DNA of 20,981 nt from Chiloscyllium plagiosum (lineage: Eukaryota). The position numbers and the translations under genes are program-made. The DNA lies in NCBI RefSeq assembly GCF_004010195.1, contig NC_057719.1:69123773-69144753 (forward strand). Direction: 5' to 3'. The notes under the pieces are model-generated. The model was not told where the DNA came from. It was given only the letters and a program-made list of their open reading frames with translations, and ran no database searches. Below, one piece after another: positions 11,158 through 20,981 of this stretch; position 1 is the first letter of the stretch; each line of letters starts with the position of its first letter.

Positions 11158-11898
11158 GTAAGTTCTTGAAGCCTGTCCAGACCACGGGGTGGAACAGGCG
11201 GACACAGCGCTCACAACGTAAACATACACTGTTGGACACCGCAGTTTAAAAGTGAATTGAAAAGGGTGAACAGATCTTAAAGCCCTGCAAAATTGACCCT
11301 GTGAAATATTTTCATCAAATGTAAGGTAGTATTAGAAACTTGCGCCTAAGTACTGCTTGGCTACCAGCACTTCGTTATTGTTTGATCAGGTGTCATTAGT
11401 GGATCCTTCCACATTTAGCGAGACGCCTTCTCAATATTCTTGTTACAGAGACGATTTGCGACGTAACTGCAGCAGAGTTATTTTTCATTGAAATAAAGTT
11501 GGATCGGTACACAGGAACAACGTGAATTTAAATCGTGTTAAACCTGATATCCCTAGTTTATGAGTGGAGTTTACAATTCGTTAATCTGCAAGGCCATCTA
11601 TCTTAATTGAACATCTCAAGCACAACTTAAGCCTAGCTTTTTGCAGCCAGTAATAATTGAAATCTGACTAGGAATGCCACTCCCCATAGATGGGGTCCAA
11701 ACAAGTCTTATTGGAAATAGTTTAAGTTACTATTCCAATGTCAATATAATATGAACATATACAGCTTGATTTATTTTAACTATGCAGGTGGCACCTGGTG
11801 CTATGAAAACAGCTTTGCAGTCAAAGCAGTTGAATAGCTAATTAGAATAATAGAAATGATTCATGTGTAAAGCTATTTTGCACGTCTCTCACTGTTGA

Positions 11899-15029
<3,131 letters not shown>

Positions 15030-15197
15030 ATATCATGATATTACCTTACTTCGGACTCAGGTTGACAAGGTTATGCCTCTGGTTACTTTGAATCAACAGG
15101 CCATCGGGAAAATACAAAATAGTTCCAAAACTATTTTCATTGTACAGTTTGTTTACATGTGCAATTTATTTGTGACAATAATATTTATTGATCTATG

Positions 15198-15203
15198 AAT
15201 AAA
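15198..15203 (+). terminator. Polyadenylation signal AATAAA of actc1
   Basis: First AATAAA, ~170 nt after the stop, within the conserved 3'UTR block and followed by GT/G-rich sequence. Confidence 0.85.
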
Positions 15204-16457
15204 ACAAGACTGGGACTTGCAATGTATGAGTATTGTCTACATTAGGGCAGTGGGGGTGGGTGGAGGAGTTGGCAGCACATGGAGATCACCACATGAAAAA
15301 CATTTGACACATTCTATTTGCCATTCAATTTTAGTGTCACCAGCAAATATTGAATTTAAAGGTACTAGATGGCCCATTGGATCATTGGGCCAAATTTGTG
15401 GTGTTGATATTTACATTGAATGAGAGTTATTAGCACCATTGTTCAGATGGGTGTCAGGGATCATTTTGCGGAATCATCACTTACTGGGATCGTTATCCAG
15501 TGGTACTCCACTAAAAGCCACTGTCAAGATAGCCCCAGTGAAGTATAGGCCAGTTAAAAAAAAAGTCAAATGATCTACATCTTGAACAGATTGTTATAGG
15601 AGCAGCATCAGCAGTGCCGTACGTCCCAGGTTGTTGTCACATCAGATATTGTTCCGTCTTCTTAATCATTTTCCACGGCCATTCGAAAGAAGATTTCAAG
15701 TACGCTCCACTTTCTGCAAGTATTGATTGAAAAAAGTTGGGAAAAACAAATGCTGCACACCTTTTTGTACTTCAATAATCTTGAAATTGTTTGATTTTTG
15801 TTCTCCAAACCATTCCTGCACTTATACTGATCCAAGTGCAATGTAGTAAAAGCTTATGTAGTGCTAAGAAATTGATGAAAAGAACATTCTTTTTAACTGA
15901 GGGAATATGGTGGCTAAATTATCATTGGTTTAATCAATATAGAAACCCATCAGTTGATATATAACACTCCCTTTGGAAAGTTCTAGTAAAGCATGCACTT
16001 CTGTACGAAAATGATTTTTGCTGATGCATTATTTGGCAGATTATGGTATCTGAACTTTAATTAGCCTAACCAACTCAGGAGGTCATGACAATCATTTTGG
16101 TGTATCACACTCTACATCAGAAATGTCCAGGAGGGCTCCACAAAAGGTGACTCTCTCAAAAAGTCTCTCCACACACACACGCACACACTGGGTGGAGGTT
16201 TCCACATTACTCCCAGGGAGTCTAGTCCAGCTGGCTTCAGCAATAGATTTGATTCAGAATTCACACAACATTCAATCCATAGCTGTAGCATCTGTTTGAA
16301 AGGAAACATCTCCAACCAAAACTAACTACAGTGCACAATTCTACCCAAGCAGTCCATGTTTAATCCGCACGAATCAATTTTGGCTCAGCTGCAAGATAAA
16401 ATGTTGCTGTTATTGAAAATTCACATAGAGGCAAATATTGATTATAATTGAAAATTG

Positions 16458-16968
16458 AAAGGTTTATAAAATCATGAGGGGCACAGATATGGTAAATAGA
16501 CAAGGTCTTTTCCCCAGGGTAGTGGAATCCAAAACAAGAGGACATAGGTTTAAAACATTTAAAAGGCATCTGGATGGGTATGTGAATAGGAAGGGCTATG
16601 GGCTGGGTGCTGGCAGATGGGACTAGATCGGGTTGGGATATCTGGTTGGCATGGATGAGTTGGACCGAAGGGTCAGTTTCCATGCTGTACATCTCTATGA
16701 GGTTTACAATGAGAGGGGAAAGATTTAAAAGGGAGTTAAGTTGCAAGTTTTTCATGCAGAGGGTGGTGCGAGTGTGGAATGAACTGCCAAAGGAAGTGGT
16801 GGAGGCCGGTATAATTACAACATTTAAATTAAACCTGGTGGGTACATGATTGGGAAGGGTTTAGAGGGATATGGGCTAAATGGCACTAGATTAGGTTAGG
16901 ATATCTGGTCGGCATGGAACAGTTGGACCAATGGTTCTGTTTCTGTACTGTACATCTCTATGACTCTA
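16458..16968 (+). mobile_element. CR1 LINE 3' fragment with a nested shorter CR1 3' copy (16553-16699)
   Basis: KVYKIMRG..RGHRF..RVVRVWNELPKEVVEAG; two copies of the 3' terminus (..TGTACATCTCTATGA); AGGTTTA duplicated at 16546-16552 and 16700-16706. Confidence 0.85.
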
Positions 16969-18629
16969 ATTGCAGGGACACATTAAATTGGACAAGTAAG
17001 GGGATCCAAGATGGCAACAATCTAGGAGGATTGCGTTGCAGAGCTCTGCACCGCAGCACGAGCGGGACAAACTTCTAACCCTCCCAACCCGGACCATTGT
17101 GATATCCTGGGGGTCTGGAAAGATCGCGGAGTCCCAGGAAATTGTGAAAAATCAACTTACCTGTGTTTTCGCTGTTCAGAAATGCCGAAGAAGGGAGGAG
17201 AAGCATCTAGGCTGGGCCCACAGTCCAGCCTGCAGGATCCTCAGACTCGATTACCTACAAGGCCCTGGTGAAGGAGCTCCTGAAATCTTGTGAGATGTTG
17301 GAGGAGAAGATGGCCCCGATCTCTTTCATGCTACAGAAGCATGAACAGCAGCTTGGAGACCTGGAAAAGAGGGTGGATGAGGTTGAACACAGAGTCACAG
17401 TGGTGCAAGCTGATGCCAGTTCCTCCAAGTATAGGATCCAAGCCCTGGAGACACAGGTCTGTAATTTGCCTGACCAGCTGGGTGATCTTGAGAACAGGGG
17501 CAGGAGAAAAATATTCAGATCGTCGGTGTTCTGGAGGGTAAGGAAGGTGAGCAGCTGACGGAATTTATTGAGGACTGGTTGCCAAACTTCCTTAACTTGG
17601 AGGCTGGAATGAGAGGCTTGAAGATTGAGAGGGTTCGCCGGGTCATGGCGCAGAGATCAGGTCTGGGTCAACGTCCTCATCCTCTCCTGGTGTGGTATCA
17701 TCATTACAGAGATAAGGAGAGAATCATGGAAGCTTCCAGAATCCAGGGGAAGGATCCAAAAGCCCTAATTCACAAGGGATCTAAGACCATGTTCTTCCAG
17801 AAAGGAAAATCCTATGATGGTGTCAAGAGAAGACTGAGGGAGCTTGGGATCCAGTAGTCTCTGAGGTATCCGGCGGTGCTTCGTGTCACCTTAGATGGAT
17901 CCGTAAATGTCTTTGACACGTTGGAGAAGGCAAGAGACTTTGTGGACAAATTAACCTAATCTGAACAATTTAGTATGTACAAATAGTATTGTTGTTTGGG
18001 TATGTCTTTTTTTTCTTTAAATAACAGCGGAAGTCTGGTTGGGGCTTTCTTTTCCTTTTTGTTATTGGTAATAATCTGGTTTAAACCATGTTTGGTGGCG
18101 GTTGAGCTGCGTACTTTCAATTTCTAAGTTATACCAAAGGATTGGGGGGGGGGGGCGGTATTAACCCCTTTTTTCTTTAAAAATTTTTTTTATTGACATT
18201 TCTATTTCTGGTGTATTTTCTTTCTTTTCTGCTTGTGTTTGCAGTGCAGGTCTAGCTAGGAGGAGGGAAAATGGTTGGGATGGCTAGATGCCTACTTACG
18301 GGCAGTTTATACCCGGTTCAGGTATTTAAATGCCCAACCTGCAGTCTTGGCAGCAGGATGGGAAGTTGGTTTTGGGATGGGTAGTTGCCCCCTTTGGGCA
18401 GGGGGTGAGTTCCCCTATTCAGCATCATTGGCTCGTTATATGTTTGTTTTTGTTTTTTTTTGTATATAATCTTTGATAGCTTTGTAGGTTTGTTAAATGT
18501 AGTCGTTTTAGTGTATGTAGTTTTTATGTTCGATGGATCTTGTGACACCAAGACTTGGCGATTTGTGGTTCCAGTTCCTCCTCTCTGGAACCTAAATGTT
18601 ACTGCAGTAGGTTATGGCTAATGACTTAG

Positions 18630-19247
18630 GTAAAAACAATGACTGCAGATGCTGGAAACCAGATTCTGGATCAATGGTGCTGGAAGAGCACAGCAGTTCA
18701 GGCAGCATCCGAGGAGCTTCAGCAAAATCGACATTTCGGGCAAAAGCCCTTCATNNNNNNNNNNNNNNNNNCTCCCACAGCTACCTGGCTTACACCTCTT
18801 CCCACCCTACCTCTTGCAAAAATGCCATCCCGTATTCCCAATTCCTCCGCCTCCGCCGTATCTGCTCCCAGGAGGAGCGGTTCCACCATAGAACACACCA
18901 GATGGCCTCCTTCTTTAGAGACCGCAATTTCCCTTCCCCCGTGGTTAAAGATGCCCTCCAACGCATCTCATCCACATCCCGCATCTCCGCCCTCAGACCC
19001 AACCCCTCCAACCGCAACAAGGACAGAACTCCCCTGGTGCTCACCTTCCACCCTACCAACCTTTGCATAAACCAAATCATCCGCCGACATTTCCGCCACC
19101 TCCAAACAGACCCCACCACCAGGGATATATTTCCCTCCCCACCCCTCTCCGCCTTCCGCAAAGACCGTTCCCTCCGTGACTACCTGGTCAGGTCCACGCC
19201 CCCCTACGACCCACCCTCCCATCCTGGCACTTTCCCCTGCCACCGCA
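18630..19247 (+). mobile_element. Penelope-like element fragment (inverted terminal repeat + partial ORF) inside L1 ORF2
   Basis: 18772-19247 encodes SHSYLAYTSSHPTSCKNAIPYSQFLRLRRICS..PLVLTFHP..AFRKDRSLRDYLVRS..GTFPC (PLE RT C-terminus/linker before the GIY-YIG domain). 18630-18754 is homologous to 4840-4960. Confidence 0.88.
18755..18771. other. Assembly gap (17 N)
   Basis: Run of N; true length unknown. Confidence 1.
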
Positions 19248-20981
19248 AATCTCCCATTTAAGTTACTAGAGTGTGTTAAAGAAACACACGGGAGGTTTGT
19301 AATTCTCAAAGCCCTGATAATCAGGGAAGAATATGGTGCTTTAATTGTTTATTGCCCTCCAGCCCATTCCCTCAAATTTTTGGTAGATGTGTTCTCTAAA
19401 TTGATCAGTCTCGAGTCCCGGCATATCATCATGGAGGAGATTTTAACTGTCTCATGAATCCCACAGTAGACAGGTGCCCAAAGGCTCCCTGATACCCTCT
19501 GTACAAACTAAACAATTAGTCTGTATGTGGAGTTAGGGTTGGTGGATGTCTGGAGGTGTCTCCACCCTACAGGCAGGGATTTTACATTTTTTCCAATCTG
19601 CACAGATGTCACACCAGGTTTGATTTTTTTTCTGACCCCGTGGCAACCCTGGACTTGGTGGCATCTTGTACCATTAGTAATATTACGATCTCCGATCACA
19701 CTCCAGTGTACCTGTTGGTTAAGACTAAGGATGTTACAGTGGGTTCGAGGCACTGGTGAATGGATCTCTTTATCCTCAAGGATAATAAGTTTGTGGAGTA
19801 CTTCTCCAGGGCATTTCAGGCATCCCTAGACATTAACTCAGGCTTGGTTAGTAACCCACCCGTCCTTTGGGAAACTGCCAAAGCCTATGCCAGGGGGTTA
19901 GTTATTTCCTACTGTGCCAGTAGGAAGCGGCAGAAGAGTGAACAGCAACGTCTCCTCGAAGCACAGTTGAAGGCAGACAAAAACGCTTACTTTGACAGAC
20001 CCTCGTTGGTCAAATTATGGAGGATTATGGTGCTGCGGTCTGCATTGAATTCCATGCTCACACAGGAAGCAAAGAAGGAGCTTACTTTTGCAAAGCAAAG
20101 GTTATTTGAGCATGGTGACAGGCCAGGCAAATACATAGCATATCTCACTAGGAAAAGGAGTGCCCCTCAAGCCATTACGGTGATTAGGGAAGGGTCTGGG
20201 AACATGACATGTGACTCTAAAAAGGTTAATGAGGGATTCCAGAGATTTTACTCTAAGTTATACCAATTTGAGGGTTGTGAGGATGGGTGGGCCAAAATGG
20301 AGTCTTTTTTTAAGGATCTGGAGCTCCCAGGTGTGACCTCCCCCAAACAAGAGTCTTTTCTCAATGCCTCCTTATCAGAGCAAGAGGCTGTGAAGCAGCT
20401 TCAGAGTGGAAAAGCACTCGTCCTGACAGACTTCCCAACAAATTCTATAAGGAATTTATAAACACACTGTCAGGCCCGATGCTCAACATGTTTAATGACT
20501 CATACAGCCATGATTGACTCCTGCCATCTCTTAGAGAGGCTAATATTACGCTTATTCTTAAAAAAGAAGGTCCTGGAGGATTGTGCTTCTAATAGGCCCA
20601 TTTCACTCTGAAATGTGGACTTTAAAATCCTCTCTAAGACTCTGGCGTTAAGACTGGAGACTATGTTACCTTCTATTGTCATAGAGGATTAGAAGGGCTT
20701 CATAAAGGGCCACAGATCCTCCAATAATGTTAGGAGACTGCTTCATGTAATTCCAGCATGTCAACAAGAGTCAATACAGGGATCGGTGATTTCTTTAGAT
20801 GCAGAGAAGGCATTTGACCGAGTTGAGTGGCTATACCTTTTCTATACTCTTGACTAGTTTGGTCTGGGCAAAGTTTTTATAAGATGGGTAAAGGTTCTCT
20901 ACAGTGTACCTCTCGCTGCTGTCATTACCAACGGGGTACGGTCAAGCAATTTTAATATTTCTAGGGGCAGCCGGCAGGGCT

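Larger units (their letters stand above)
17000..20981 (+). mobile_element. L1-clade LINE, 5'-intact but decayed; truncated by the right edge of the window
   Basis: Begins GGGGATCCAAGATGGC. ORF1 remnants ~17182-17959 (coiled coil, DLENRGRR, IERVRR..PHPLLV). T-rich spacer. ORF2 from ~18614 with APE (LVDVWR, ISDH), WETAKAYARG, and RT (RPISLxNVDFKILSK, SLDAEKAFDRVEW, RGSRQG). Multiple stops. Confidence 0.92.

Noticed and set aside
10738..11239. Small ORFs over the promoter
   Set aside because: No recognisable motifs, mostly non-ATG starts; explained by GC-rich promoter DNA.
15371..15391. Short hairpin GGCCCATTG-GAT-CATTGGGCC downstream of the gene
   Set aside because: 9-bp imperfect stem, within chance expectation.
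18614..19261. 215-aa ORF as a novel chimeric protein
   Set aside because: It spans an N gap of unknown size and joins L1, inverted PLE terminus and PLE ORF sequence; the continuous frame is incidental.

Overview
Vertebrate genomic DNA, most likely from a shark or other elasmobranch (inferred from the repeat families). The one host gene is a complete cardiac alpha-actin gene (actc1) on the + strand. It has a four-CArG-box promoter and a TATA box (10837-11085), a non-coding exon 1, six GT-AG coding exons (12010-15029, 377 aa) and a conserved 3'UTR with AATAAA. The flanks are dense with decayed retroelements: CR1 LINEs (zinc finger/leucine zipper-esterase ORF1, APE-RT ORF2), HE1/V-SINEs, a second SINE, an L1-clade element with its 5' end intact, and Penelope-like element (PLE) pieces. 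The most unusual signal is two ~210-bp TSD-flanked insertions (4840-5047 and 13878-14089). Their arms differ in sequence but the architecture is the same: an ~80-bp near-perfect inverted repeat folding back at a minimal hammerhead ribozyme core, plus a one-sided tail. One lies sense-oriented in actc1 intron 5. A related end is attached, across an assembly gap, to a PLE ORF fragment at 18630-19247. Candidate muscle/cardiac enhancers lie in the non-repetitive upstream islands.
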